Below are positions 43,966 to 53,883 of a stretch of DNA of 64,000 bases, in pieces. Under the pieces are notes generated by a model. It saw only the letters and a program-made list of their open reading frames with translations, had not been told where the DNA came from and did no database searches. Source of the stretch: Eubacterium sp. (GTDB lineage: Bacteria; Bacillota; Clostridia; Christensenellales; CAG-314); assembly GCA_963653425.1 (NCBI GenBank), contig CAVJWC010000001.1:279430-343429 (forward strand), read 5' to 3'. The translations under genes and the position numbers were made by a program. The stretch's first letter is position 1. The number at the start of each line of letters is the position of its first letter.

Positions 43966-45948
43966 ATGGATTATCCAAAGCTTACCGTTTTACCGCCCAA
44001 AAAACCTTTTATAGAAGGAATAAGACGCGCGCCCAAAAGACAGAGCAATCTTTCTGAAAGCGATAAGATTCTCGCCGTGAAAAACGCGCTCCGCTACTGC
44101 CCCGAAGAATGGCACGAAGAACTTATTCCCGAATTCACCGAAGAGCTTATGACTCACGGAAGAATTTACGGATACCGCTTCCGTCCCGAAGGCAGAATTT
44201 ACGGAAAACCTATTGACGAATACAAAGGCAAATGCATAGAAGGCAAGGCTTTTCAGGTTATGATAGACAATAACCTCGACTTCGAAATCGCTCTGTATCC
44301 TTACGAACTCGTAACTTACGGCGAAACGGGTCAGGTTTGTCAGAACTGGATGCAGTACCTTCTTATAAAGAAATATCTCGAAGAACTTACCGACACTCAG
44401 ACGCTCGTAGTCATGAGCGGACACCCTCTCGGAGTTTTCGAAAGCTCCAAAACCTCTCCGAGAGTAGTTATCACCAACTCTCTTATGATAGGTTGTTTCG
44501 ACGATCAGGCCAACTGGGCAAGAGCGGCGGCTCTCGGCGTTGCCAACTACGGACAGATGACCGCGGGCGGATGGATGTATATAGGACCTCAGGGTATAGT
44601 TCACGGCACGTACAACACCATTCTCAACGCGGCAAGAATGAAACTTCCTCATATAACTTCCAACCTCGGCGGAGTCCTTTTCGTTTCGTCCGGTCTCGGA
44701 GGAATGAGCGGCGCTCAGGGTAAGGCAGTTTCCATTCTCGGCGGAGCGGGCATTATCGCGGAAGTAGACGCAAGCCGTATTAAAACGCGTTACGATCAGG
44801 GTTGGGTTACCGACGTAGCCGAAACGCCCGAAGAAGCTTTCAGACTTGCGTTGAACGCTAAAAACGACAGAAAAGGCGTTGCGGTCGCTTTCCACGGAAA
44901 CATCGTAGACCTTCTCGAATACGCGATAGAAAAGGATATTCATATCGACCTTCTTTCCGACCAGACTTCCTGTCACGCGGTTTACGACGGCGGATATTGT
45001 CCTCAGGGCATAACCTTCGAAGAACGCACCCGTCTTCTCGATACCGACAGAACGACTTTCAGAAAACTGGTGGATAAGACTCTCAGAGCGCATTTCGAAG
45101 CAATCAAAAAACTTACCGCGCACGGAACGTACTTCTTCGATTACGGCAACAGCTTTATGAAATCGGTATTCGATTCGGGCGTTACGGAAATCGCAAAGAA
45201 CGGAAAGAACACTCTCGACGGATTCATTTTCCCGAGCTATGTGGAAGATATTTTAGGTCCCGTATGTTTCGACTACGGATACGGACCTTTCAGATGGGTA
45301 TGTCTCAGCGGAAAGCCCGAAGACCTTCATAAAACCGATATGGCGGCTATGAACTGCATAGACAAAGACAGACGTTTCCAGGACCACGACAACTACGTGT
45401 GGATAAGAGACGCCGAAAAGAACAAACTCGTCGTAGGAACGCAGGCAAGAATTCTTTATTCCGACGCGGAAGGAAGAAGAAACATCGCGCTTAAATTCAA
45501 CGATATGGTAAGAAAGGGCGAAATCGGTCCGGTTATGCTGGGAAGAGACCACCACGACTGCGGAGGAACGGACGCGCCTTTCAGAGAAACCAGCAACATA
45601 AAAGACGGAAGCAATATCATGGCTGATATGGCTACTCAGGTATTCGCGGGTAACGCCGCGCGCGGAATGAGTCTCGTCGCCCTTCACAACGGAGGCGGAA
45701 CGGGTATAGGAAACGCTATCAACGGCGGATTCGGTATGGTTCTCGACGGAAGCGACAGAGTGGACGAAATTCTTAAAACCGCAATGATCTGGGACGTTAT
45801 GGCAGGCGTTGCAAGACGCGCCTGGGCAAGAAATCCTCACTCTATCGAAACAGCCGAGATTTTCAACGGTTACCACGAAAAGAGCGCGGTTACCCTCCCC
45901 GTTATAGCCGACGACGACAAAATCGCCAAAGAATTAAAAAAGTATTGA
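43966..45948 (+). CDS. hutU: Urocanate hydratase
   Basis: 660 aa; long-form urocanase with GGMSGAQ NAD-binding region and conserved GLGGMSGAQGKA / HDCGGTD segments. Starts 3 nt after hutH. Confidence 0.93.
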   Translation: MDYPKLTVLPPKKPFIEGIRRAPKRQSNLSESDKILAVKNALRYCPEEWHEELIPEFTEELMTHGRIYGYRFRPEGRIYGKPIDEYKGKCIEGKAFQVMIDNNLDFEIALYPYELVTYGETGQVCQNWMQYLLIKKYLEELTDTQTLVVMSGHPLGVFESSKTSPRVVITNSLMIGCFDDQANWARAAALGVANYGQMTAGGWMYIGPQGIVHGTYNTILNAARMKLPHITSNLGGVLFVSSGLGGMSGAQGKAVSILGGAGIIAEVDASRIKTRYDQGWVTDVAETPEEAFRLALNAKNDRKGVAVAFHGNIVDLLEYAIEKDIHIDLLSDQTSCHAVYDGGYCPQGITFEERTRLLDTDRTTFRKLVDKTLRAHFEAIKKLTAHGTYFFDYGNSFMKSVFDSGVTEIAKNGKNTLDGFIFPSYVEDILGPVCFDYGYGPFRWVCLSGKPEDLHKTDMAAMNCIDKDRRFQDHDNYVWIRDAEKNKLVVGTQARILYSDAEGRRNIALKFNDMVRKGEIGPVMLGRDHHDCGGTDAPFRETSNIKDGSNIMADMATQVFAGNAARGMSLVALHNGGGTGIGNAINGGFGMVLDGSDRVDEILKTAMIWDVMAGVARRAWARNPHSIETAEIFNGYHEKSAVTLPVIADDDKIAKELKKY

Positions 45949-45982
45949 TTTACGGCACAGCCGAAAAAAGAGGTAATATATT

Positions 45983-46966
45983 ATGAACAGAATTCTCGAA
46001 TGCGTTCCTAATTTCAGCGAAGGACGCGACCATTCCAAGATCGAAAAAATAGCGGATTGTTTCAGAAACGTCGACGGCGTCGTTCTTCTGAACTATTCCA
46101 GCGACGCAGACCATAACCGTTCGGTATTCACCGTTGTAGGCGACATCGAACCTCTTAAAACCGCGGTATTCAACGCAATCAAAACCGCAAAAGAACTTAT
46201 CGACCTCAGAGTTCACCACGGTCAGCACCCCCGTATGGGAGCAGCCGACGTCGTTCCTTTCATTCCCATTAAAAACGTTACCACCGAAGAAGCGATAACC
46301 GTTTCCAAGGAAGTAGCCGAAAAGGTCTGGAAAGAACTCGAAATTCCCGTATTCCTTTACGAAAAATCCGCAACCGCTCCTCACAGAGAAAATCTTGCCA
46401 ACGTAAGAAAGGGCGAATTCGAAGGACTTGCGGAAAAGATGAAAGACGAAATGTGGCACGCCGACTACGGCTTCGATAAGCCTCACCCGACGGCAGGCGC
46501 AATCGCTATGGGCGCAAGAATGCCCCTCGTCGCTTTCAACGTAAACCTCGACTCCCCCAATCTTGCCGAGACTACCGCAACCGCAAAGAAAGTCCGTTTT
46601 ATCGGAGGCGGACTGCGTTTCTGCAAAGCTATGGGCGTTGACCTTACCGAACGTCATATCACTCAGGTTTCCATGAATATGACCGACTACACCAAGACTC
46701 CCGTTTACTTCTCTTACGAACTTATCGGAATGGAAAGCAAACGTTACGGCGCGAAAATCGTCGGCAGTGAAATTATAGGTCTCGTTCCTTACGACGCTCT
46801 TTACGCCTGCGCGGAATATCACCTTATGTGCGAAGGCAAGACTCAGGAAGAAATCAAAAAACTTTCCCGCAGTGAAATCATAGAAACCGCAAGGAATTAC
46901 CTTAAAATAGAAAACTTCTCCGAAGATCAGGTTCTCGAAGTTCTTCTCGAAAAGAAAGTTAAATAA
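45983..46966 (+). CDS. ftcD: Glutamate formimidoyltransferase (transferase domain only)
   Basis: 327 aa; N-terminus ILECVPNFSEGRD is the signature of the FTCD N-terminal domain. No cyclodeaminase domain is fused. Confidence 0.85.
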   Translation: MNRILECVPNFSEGRDHSKIEKIADCFRNVDGVVLLNYSSDADHNRSVFTVVGDIEPLKTAVFNAIKTAKELIDLRVHHGQHPRMGAADVVPFIPIKNVTTEEAITVSKEVAEKVWKELEIPVFLYEKSATAPHRENLANVRKGEFEGLAEKMKDEMWHADYGFDKPHPTAGAIAMGARMPLVAFNVNLDSPNLAETTATAKKVRFIGGGLRFCKAMGVDLTERHITQVSMNMTDYTKTPVYFSYELIGMESKRYGAKIVGSEIIGLVPYDALYACAEYHLMCEGKTQEEIKKLSRSEIIETARNYLKIENFSEDQVLEVLLEKKVK

Positions 46967-47017
46967 AAACGAAGAAAGCGGAAAGACAAAACTTTCCGCT
47001 TTTTTAAGGAGTAAAAT

Positions 47018-48247
47018 ATGGAATTATATTATAATATAGGTTGTCTTGCTACCGTAAACGGACTTAAAGCAAAGAAAGGCGCCGAAATGAACGATATTTC
47101 CGTTATCGAAAATGGAGCTTTCGTAGTCGAAGACGGAAAATTCGTTTTCGTGGGAAAGGAAGAACAAGCTCTTAATCTCTACCCCGCCGCTCAAAAAATC
47201 GACTGCAAAGGCGCGTGCGTGCTTCCCGCCTTCATAGACAGCCACACTCACCTCGTTTTCGGCGGATACAGAGAAAGAGAATTCAACCTTCGTATGAACG
47301 GCGCAAGTTATATGGAGATAATGAATTGCGGAGGCGGTATAGCTTACACCACCAACCGCACCCGCGAAGAAAGCGAAGAAGAACTTATGGCGCAGGGAAT
47401 GCGACACCTTCTCGAAATGAAAGCCTACGGTATCGCGACGGTGGAAATCAAGAGCGGTTACGGATTGGATCTCGAAACCGAACTCAAACAGCTCCGCGTA
47501 ATCAAACGTCTTCGCGATGAATCGGGTATGAATATCACGGCTACCTTTATGGGCGCGCACGCTATTCCCGCGGAATTCAAAGGCGACGGCGACGCTTATA
47601 TAGACTACGTGATAAATACCGTTCTGCCTGCCGTCAAAGATCAGGGCATAGCGGAATTCTGCGACATCTTCTGCGAAATCAACGTCTTCAATTCCGTTCA
47701 GGCGGAAAGACTGTTCGGAAAGGCAAGAGAACTCGGATTCGGACTTAAAATTCACGCCGACGAAATGGCTGACTCGGGAACGTCCGCATTTGCCTGCAAA
47801 AACGGTTGCGTATCGGCAGACCACCTGCTTTACGTTTCCGACGAAGGCGTAAAAGCTTTCGCAAACTCGGACACCATCGCCGCTCTTCTGCCCGCAACGG
47901 CTTTCTCGCTCCGTGAAAATTACGCGCCCGCAAGAAAACTCATAGACGGCGGAGCTGCCGTTACGGTAGCGTCCGACTTCAACCCCGGAAGCTGTTTCTG
48001 CAACAGCCTGCCCTTCCTTATCGCTCTTTCTACGATAAACATGAGAATGACCGTTCCCGAAACCATTACCGCGCTTACTCTGAACGCAGCTGCTTCTCTT
48101 AAAAAAGCCGACGTTCTCGGAAGCATTCAGTCGGGCAAGCAAGCCGATTTCGTTATCCTTAAATGGAGCAATCCCGATTTCCTGAGCTATCATATCGCGG
48201 ACAACAGCGTCGAACACCTTTATATAAAGGGCAAAAAACAGTTCTGA
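47018..48247 (+). CDS. hutI: Imidazolonepropionase
   Basis: 409 aa amidohydrolase; metal-binding DSHTHLVFGG, later HADE...; hut operon context. Confidence 0.93.
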   Translation: MELYYNIGCLATVNGLKAKKGAEMNDISVIENGAFVVEDGKFVFVGKEEQALNLYPAAQKIDCKGACVLPAFIDSHTHLVFGGYREREFNLRMNGASYMEIMNCGGGIAYTTNRTREESEEELMAQGMRHLLEMKAYGIATVEIKSGYGLDLETELKQLRVIKRLRDESGMNITATFMGAHAIPAEFKGDGDAYIDYVINTVLPAVKDQGIAEFCDIFCEINVFNSVQAERLFGKARELGFGLKIHADEMADSGTSAFACKNGCVSADHLLYVSDEGVKAFANSDTIAALLPATAFSLRENYAPARKLIDGGAAVTVASDFNPGSCFCNSLPFLIALSTINMRMTVPETITALTLNAAASLKKADVLGSIQSGKQADFVILKWSNPDFLSYHIADNSVEHLYIKGKKQF

Positions 48248-48306
48248 GTTTAAGTATATAATTGGTAAATGAAAGCTCGCTAAAAACTAAACAAACGAAA
48301 ACACAT

Positions 48307-48343
48307 AAAAAACCGACCGAAACTTAATTCGGTCGGTTTTTTT
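48307..48343. terminator. Bidirectional terminator between hutI and clpB (convergent)
   Basis: AAAAAACCGACCGAA-ACTTAA-TTCGGTCGGTTTTTTT: a 10-bp stem flanked by A-run and T-run. Confidence 0.85.
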
Positions 48344-48411
48344 GGCAAATTACGGTATTTCGTTTTATCACGGGGCTACGCGAGGTAACCTTCGTTTTTA
48401 TAAACCGCTTT

Positions 48412-51012
48412 TTATCCGACGACGATTTCGCCGTTTTTAACGTCGGCGCGAATGACGTCGCCTTCGTTTATGTCGCCTTTCAGAATTGCCTTTGCAACGG
48501 GCGTTTCGAGACAGGTCGTAACGTATCTTCTCAAAGGTCTTGCGCCGAAGTTGGGATCGTATCCGTGTTCTACGAGATAATCCATAGCCGCGGGCGTAAC
48601 TTCTATATCGAGGTTCTTCTCTTTAAGACGAGAACGAAGTTTTTCGATAAACAAGTTGACAATGCTTCTGATGTTGTCCTTGGTCAAAGGTCTGAACAGA
48701 ACTATATCGTCGAGCCTGTTGAGGAATTCCGGTCTGAACGTGGATTTAAGAAGCTTGTCTATGCGTTCTCTCGTATCCTGATCGATTTCCGTAACGTCTC
48801 TGCCCTCTCTTTCGGCTTTTTCCATACTGTCGAGTATAAGATTGCTACCGAGGTTGGAGGTAAGAATGATAACGGTGTTCTTGAAGTCAACCGTTCTGCC
48901 CTGTCCGTCGGTTATTCTTCCGTCGTCGAGAACCTGAAGAAGAACGTTGAATACGTCGGGGTGAGCCTTTTCTATTTCGTCGAAAAGGATTATCGAATAA
49001 GGCTTTCTTCTTACGGCTTCGGTAAGCTGTCCGCCTTCGTCGTAACCTACGTATCCCGGAGGAGCGCCGATAAGTCTGGATACGGAGTATTTCTCCATAT
49101 ATTCGCTCATATCGATACGAATCATATTGCGTTCGTCGCTGTAAAGGTTTGCCGCGAGCGACTTTGCAAGCTGAGTTTTACCTACGCCCGTAGGTCCGAG
49201 GAACAGGAAGCTTCCTATGGGTTTGCCTTCGTCGGCAATACCCGTTCTCGACCTCATAATAGCCTCGGAAACTTTCGTTACGGCTTCGTCCTGACCGATA
49301 ACCGACTTATGAAGTTCGTCCGCAAGATGAAGTAATTTTTCTTTTTCGCTACTCATAAGCTTGCTTACGGGTATACCCGTCCACTTTGCAACGATTTTCG
49401 CGATAACGTCTGCCGTTACTTCGTCGCGAAGAAGATTGGAATCTTTTTCCTGACCTTCTGCGTCTTCGAGCTGTTTTTTAAGCTGAGGAAGCTTACCGTA
49501 CTGAAGTTCCGCCGCTTTTCCGTAATCTCCGTGACGACGAGCGTTGTCTATATCAACGTTAATCTGGTCGATGTCGGCTTTAAGCTTTTTGATAACGTCG
49601 ATTTTTGCTTTCTCCGCGTCGAGCTTTACCTTCATTTCGTTGAACTTGTCTTTCATTTCGGCAAGTTTTTCTCTTACCGCTTTGAGTCTGTCCTCGGAAA
49701 GTTTGTCGGTCTCTTTGGAAAGAGCCATCTCTTCTATTTCGAGCTGAATCATCTTACCCGAAAGTTCGTCCATTTCGGCAGGCATACTGTCCATTTCCGT
49801 TCTTATCATAGCGCATGCTTCGTCCACGAGGTCGATAGCCTTATCGGGAAGGAATCTGTCGGTTATATATCTGTCGGAAAGCGTTGCGGCGGCTATAAGC
49901 GCGTCGTCGTGAATTCTTACGCCGTGATAAAGCTCGTAACGCTCTTTTATACCTCTTAATATGGTTATGGTCTCGGAAACGTCGGGTTCGTCTACCATAA
50001 CGGGCTGGAAACGACGTTCCAGAGCGGCGTCTTTTTCGATGTACTTTCTGTATTCGTCAAGCGTGGTCGCGCCTATACAGTGAAGTTCGCCCCTTGCAAG
50101 CATAGGCTTCAGAAGGTTACCGGCATCCATACTGCCTTCGGTTTTACCCGCGCCTACTATGGTGTGCAGTTCGTCGATAAACAGAAGCATTCTGCCTTCC
50201 TGCTTTTTGATTTCGTTAAGAACGGCTTTAAGACGCTCTTCGAACTCTCCTCTGTACTTGGCTCCGGCTATAAGCGCGCCCATATCCAAAGCGAAAACCC
50301 GTTTGTCTTTAAGTCCTTCGGGAACGTCGCCGTTGACTATACGCTGAGCAAGTCCTTCCGCGATAGCCGTCTTACCCACGCCCGGTTCGCCTATAAGAAC
50401 GGGGTTGTTCTTGGTCTTTCTCGAAAGAATTCTTATTACGTTTCTTATCTCCTCGTCTCTGCCGATAACGGGATCGAGTTTTCCGCTCTTGGCTCTTTCA
50501 ACGAGGTCGTAGCCGTATTTATTGAGAACGTCGAAAGTTCCTTCGGGATCTTCGCTCGTAATGGGCGAAGTCTTGACCTTGGAAACTTCCTCCGTAAACT
50601 TCTTCTTGTCTATATTGTATTTTCTGAAAAGCGCGGAAATCTTCTGCGTGGGCTTATTCATAAGAGCTTCGAAAAGATGCTCTACGCTCACGTAAGAATC
50701 GCCCTGCTGTTGCATAAGCTTGGTGGCTTCGTTGAGGACTATTCCGCCCGTCTGTCCGAAACCTACGCTCGTGCTTACGGAACCCGTATAGCGCGCAAGT
50801 TCGTTAAGCGCAAGCAGACTGTCCTGAGCCAAACCTTCGACGTCTACTCCGCTCTTATTAAGGATTCCGTAAACGAATCCGCTTCTGTCGGAAAGAAGCG
50901 CGGCAAGTATATGTTCCGCTGCAATTTCCGTGTTACCTTTTTCTATAGCCAGCGACTCTGCTTTTCTCAGAGCGTCCATCGCTTTATTTGTGAAATTATT
51001 GTCCATATCCAC
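48412..51012 (-). CDS. clpB: ATP-dependent chaperone ClpB
   Basis: 866 aa; Clp N-domain, two AAA+ modules ([10 protein letters not shown]; [12 protein letters not shown]) and the long middle coiled-coil typical of ClpB. Confidence 0.96.
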   Translation of the reverse strand: MDMDNNFTNKAMDALRKAESLAIEKGNTEIAAEHILAALLSDRSGFVYGILNKSGVDVEGLAQDSLLALNELARYTGSVSTSVGFGQTGGIVLNEATKLMQQQGDSYVSVEHLFEALMNKPTQKISALFRKYNIDKKKFTEEVSKVKTSPITSEDPEGTFDVLNKYGYDLVERAKSGKLDPVIGRDEEIRNVIRILSRKTKNNPVLIGEPGVGKTAIAEGLAQRIVNGDVPEGLKDKRVFALDMGALIAGAKYRGEFEERLKAVLNEIKKQEGRMLLFIDELHTIVGAGKTEGSMDAGNLLKPMLARGELHCIGATTLDEYRKYIEKDAALERRFQPVMVDEPDVSETITILRGIKERYELYHGVRIHDDALIAAATLSDRYITDRFLPDKAIDLVDEACAMIRTEMDSMPAEMDELSGKMIQLEIEEMALSKETDKLSEDRLKAVREKLAEMKDKFNEMKVKLDAEKAKIDVIKKLKADIDQINVDIDNARRHGDYGKAAELQYGKLPQLKKQLEDAEGQEKDSNLLRDEVTADVIAKIVAKWTGIPVSKLMSSEKEKLLHLADELHKSVIGQDEAVTKVSEAIMRSRTGIADEGKPIGSFLFLGPTGVGKTQLAKSLAANLYSDERNMIRIDMSEYMEKYSVSRLIGAPPGYVGYDEGGQLTEAVRRKPYSIILFDEIEKAHPDVFNVLLQVLDDGRITDGQGRTVDFKNTVIILTSNLGSNLILDSMEKAEREGRDVTEIDQDTRERIDKLLKSTFRPEFLNRLDDIVLFRPLTKDNIRSIVNLFIEKLRSRLKEKNLDIEVTPAAMDYLVEHGYDPNFGARPLRRYVTTCLETPVAKAILKGDINEGDVIRADVKNGEIVVG

Positions 51013-51119
51013 CTCCGTAGATTCAGATTGTCTCAGGATAGAAGCTTTGCTTACGTCATGTCCGCTAACGGGTCAGCGTCTTTACAGACACTTGTGTTAG
51101 CATTTACATTCTGTATCTG

Positions 51120-51146
51120 CTGTCACTCTATCCTTTTGACTGCTAA
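51120..51146 (-). promoter_or_regulatory. Degenerate CIRCE-like inverted repeat at the clpB transcription start region
   Basis: Minus strand TTAGCAGTC-N9-GAGTGACAG versus the CIRCE consensus TTAGCACTC-N9-GAGTGCTAA: 14 of 18 positions with correct 9-nt spacing. Lies immediately downstream of the -10. Confidence 0.3.
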
Positions 51147-51175
51147 ATCTTACCTCTTCTTCGTTCTTTTGTCAA
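51147..51175 (-). promoter_or_regulatory. Sigma-A type promoter of clpB
   Basis: Minus strand TTGACA - 17 nt - TAAGAT. Confidence 0.65.
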
Positions 51176-51429
51176 GCATTTTTCGCAAGTTTTTTGCGGT
51201 TTCTTATAATGAATCGATTTCCTTTGTTAAAGCATTGAACCAAAAAGTACCGAATGAATATTATGTGCATACGCGCGACTTATCGGTGAATATTATTCGC
51301 TAATAGATTTTCTTTCGATAAATTCGTCGAGCTTTAAGATTAAGTCCGATTTGCTTTTTTGCGCCTGCACTCTACGAAAAAGCCGTGTTTATAAGCTATC
51401 GGCGTTATGCGAAAAATTCCCGTTTTAAC

Positions 51430-51458
51430 TTGAAACAATATCGATTATGCAGTATAAA
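51430..51458 (+). promoter_or_regulatory. Distal candidate promoter of nrdD
   Basis: TTGAAA - 17 nt - TATAAA. NrdR box 1 begins 2 nt after the -10. Confidence 0.5.
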
Positions 51459-51459
51459 A

Positions 51460-51475
51460 ATACAATATATTGTGT
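51460..51475. promoter_or_regulatory. NrdR box 1
   Basis: ATACAATATATTGTGT matches the 16-bp NrdR-box consensus acaCwAtATaTwGtgt at 15 of 16 positions. Its core ACAATATATTGT is a perfect palindrome. Confidence 0.75.
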
Positions 51476-51491
51476 CCACTCTCACAAAACA

Positions 51492-51507
51492 CCACAAGAT
51501 GTTGTGT
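51492..51507. promoter_or_regulatory. NrdR box 2
   Basis: CCACAAGATGTTGTGT matches the consensus at 13 of 16 positions (CACAA-N4-TTGTG). Its centre is 32 bp from box 1, the usual three-helical-turn tandem arrangement. Confidence 0.65.
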
Positions 51508-51527
51508 TTTTACCCGTTTGTAAACGC

Positions 51528-51556
51528 TTGACAAAACCTCAGGGCAAGCTTATAAT
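51528..51556 (+). promoter_or_regulatory. Proximal consensus promoter of nrdD
   Basis: TTGACA - 17 nt - TATAAT (both hexamers perfect), about 95 nt upstream of the nrdD start. Confidence 0.7.
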
Positions 51557-51653
51557 GAATGCAATAAGTTTTTAAGCCGCGTAACTTAAAGGCGCGGATT
51601 TTTACTACCCCGCAAACGGCTGAATGCCGTGTATAATATTGAAGGAGAGTATT

Positions 51654-53771
51654 ATGGGAAAGAATTTCAAAGTCATAAAAAGAGACGGCAGTATAGTCGA
51701 TTTCGACCTGAATAAGATTTCTGCCGCCATCATAAAAGCGTTCGACGCACAACAAAAAGCGTACAATCAGCAGATAATCGAACTCCTCGCACTTAGAACG
51801 GCGGCGGATTTCGAAAATAAAATCGTAAACGACGAAGTTCACGTGGAAGAAATTCAGGACAGCGTGGAACACGTTCTCGAAAGCGCGGGATATACCGACG
51901 TTGCGAAAGCTTATATACTTTACCGCAAACAGCGCGAAAAGATACGTAATATGAAGTCCACTCTTCTCGATTACAAAGAACTGGTCAATAATTACGTAAA
52001 GGCAGAAGACTGGAGAGTAAAGGAAAATTCTACCGTTTCTTATTCGGTAGGAGGTCTTATTCTTTCCAACTCGGGCGCAATCACCGCAAACTATTGGCTG
52101 TCGGAAGTTTACGACGAAGAAATAGGCGAAGCGCACAGAAACGCGGATTTCCATCTGCACGATCTTTCCATGCTTACGGGTTACTGCGCAGGCTGGTCGC
52201 TTAAACAGCTTATTTGCGAAGGTCTCGGCGGTATTCCCGGGAAAATAACCTCCTCTCCTCCCTGTCACCTTTCTACCCTCTGCAACCAGATGGTAAACTT
52301 CCTCGGTATTCTTCAGAACGAATGGGCAGGCGCGCAGGCTTTCTCGTCTTTCGACACCTATCTTGCTCCCTTCGTAAAGATAGATAACCTTTCTTATAAA
52401 GAAGTAAAACAGTGCATACAGTCCTTTATCTACGGCGTAAACACTCCCAGCAGATGGGGAACGCAGGCGCCTTTCACCAACATAACTCTCGACTGGGTAT
52501 GCCCGCCCGACCTTAAAAACGAACGCGCCATAATCGGCGGAAAGCAAGTCGATTTCACTTACGGCGACTGCGCAAAGGAAATGGCTATGGTCAACAAAGC
52601 CTTCATCGATATTATGATCGAAGGCGACGCAAACGGCAGAGGTTTCCAGTATCCTATACCCACCTACTCCATCACCAAGGACTTCGATTGGTCGGATACC
52701 GAAAACAACCGTATGCTCTTCGAAATGACGGCTAAATACGGTACGCCTTACTTCTCCAACTACATCAACAGCGATATGGAACCCAGCGACGTAAGAAGTA
52801 TGTGTTGCAGGCTTCGTCTTGACCTTCGCGAACTCCGTAAAAAGTCGGGCGGTTTCTTCGGAAGCGGTGAATCCACGGGATCTATCGGCGTCGTTACCAT
52901 AAATATGCCCAGAATAGCTTATCTTGCGCAGGACAAAGAAGACTTCTACAAACGTCTCGACAAGCTCATGGACCTTGCGGCAAGATCGCTTAAAATCAAG
53001 CGCGACGTTATCACCAAGCTTATGAACGCAGGTCTTTATCCTTACACCAAGCGTTACCTCGGCTCTTTCAACAACCACTTCTCCACTCTCGGTCTCGTGG
53101 GTATGAACGAAGCCTGCCTTAACGCAAAATGGCTCGGAAAAGACCTTACGCACAGAGAAAGCGTGGAATTCACGAAAGAAGTTCTCAATCATATGAGAGA
53201 GAAGCTTTCGGATTATCAGGAACAGTACGGCGACCTTTATAACCTCGAAGCCACTCCCGCCGAATCCACGTCCTTCAGACTTGCAAAACACGACAAGAAG
53301 AGATACCCCGATATTATCACGGCTAACGACAAGAGCGGCGTTCCTTATTACACCAACAGCTCTCACCTTCCCGTAGGTTATACCGACGATATATTCAAAG
53401 CTCTGGATATTCAGGACGAACTTCAGGTTCTTTACACGTCGGGAACGGTTTTCCATACCTTCCTCGGCGAAAAGATGCCCGACTGGAAGTCCACCGCCAA
53501 CCTCGTGAGAAAGATTGCCGAAAACTACAAGCTTCCTTACTATACCCTTTCTCCCACCTATTCGGTTTGCGAGAAACACGGATATATCGCGGGCGAACAT
53601 TACACCTGCCCCGTTTGCGGAGGAAAAGCCGAAGTTTACAGCCGTATAACGGGATACTATCGCCCCGTACAGAACTGGAACGACGGAAAGTCTCAGGAAT
53701 TCAAGGACAGAAAGGTTTATAAGTTCGATTGCTCGGACAGAATTTTCGTAGGTTCGTCTATCGACGACTAA
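51654..53771 (+). CDS. nrdD: Anaerobic ribonucleoside-triphosphate reductase
   Basis: About 705 aa; N-terminal ATP-cone (FKVIKRDGSIVDFDLNKISAAI), C-terminal Zn site (CPVCGG) and glycyl-radical segment (SRITGYYRPV). Start at the ATG at 51654 with GGAG 8 nt upstream. Confidence 0.95.
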   Translation: MGKNFKVIKRDGSIVDFDLNKISAAIIKAFDAQQKAYNQQIIELLALRTAADFENKIVNDEVHVEEIQDSVEHVLESAGYTDVAKAYILYRKQREKIRNMKSTLLDYKELVNNYVKAEDWRVKENSTVSYSVGGLILSNSGAITANYWLSEVYDEEIGEAHRNADFHLHDLSMLTGYCAGWSLKQLICEGLGGIPGKITSSPPCHLSTLCNQMVNFLGILQNEWAGAQAFSSFDTYLAPFVKIDNLSYKEVKQCIQSFIYGVNTPSRWGTQAPFTNITLDWVCPPDLKNERAIIGGKQVDFTYGDCAKEMAMVNKAFIDIMIEGDANGRGFQYPIPTYSITKDFDWSDTENNRMLFEMTAKYGTPYFSNYINSDMEPSDVRSMCCRLRLDLRELRKKSGGFFGSGESTGSIGVVTINMPRIAYLAQDKEDFYKRLDKLMDLAARSLKIKRDVITKLMNAGLYPYTKRYLGSFNNHFSTLGLVGMNEACLNAKWLGKDLTHRESVEFTKEVLNHMREKLSDYQEQYGDLYNLEATPAESTSFRLAKHDKKRYPDIITANDKSGVPYYTNSSHLPVGYTDDIFKALDIQDELQVLYTSGTVFHTFLGEKMPDWKSTANLVRKIAENYKLPYYTLSPTYSVCEKHGYIAGEHYTCPVCGGKAEVYSRITGYYRPVQNWNDGKSQEFKDRKVYKFDCSDRIFVGSSIDD

Positions 53772-53812
53772 ACGGCTTAAAAAACCAAATCGGTTTTAAT
53801 AAAAAGAATACG

Positions 53813-53847
53813 AAAAACGCGCTTTCATAATACGGGAGCGCGTTTTT
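53813..53847. terminator. Bidirectional terminator between nrdD and phoR (convergent)
   Basis: AAAAACGCGC-(15-nt loop)-GCGCGTTTTT. Confidence 0.75.
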
Positions 53848-53883
53848 AAGTTGTTTATTGAGAGTTTTTATTAAATCGAAGAT

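Noticed and set aside
51120-51146. CtsR operator at the clpB promoter
   Set aside because: Only the first heptad (AGTCAAA) matches the A/GGTCAAA-NAN-A/GGTCAAA consensus. The second heptad position reads ATAGAGT.
51510-53600. 696-aa minus-strand ORF opposite nrdD
   Set aside because: Same codon-aligned antisense artefact. nrdD has unambiguous ATP-cone, Zn-site and glycyl-radical motifs; the antisense product has none.
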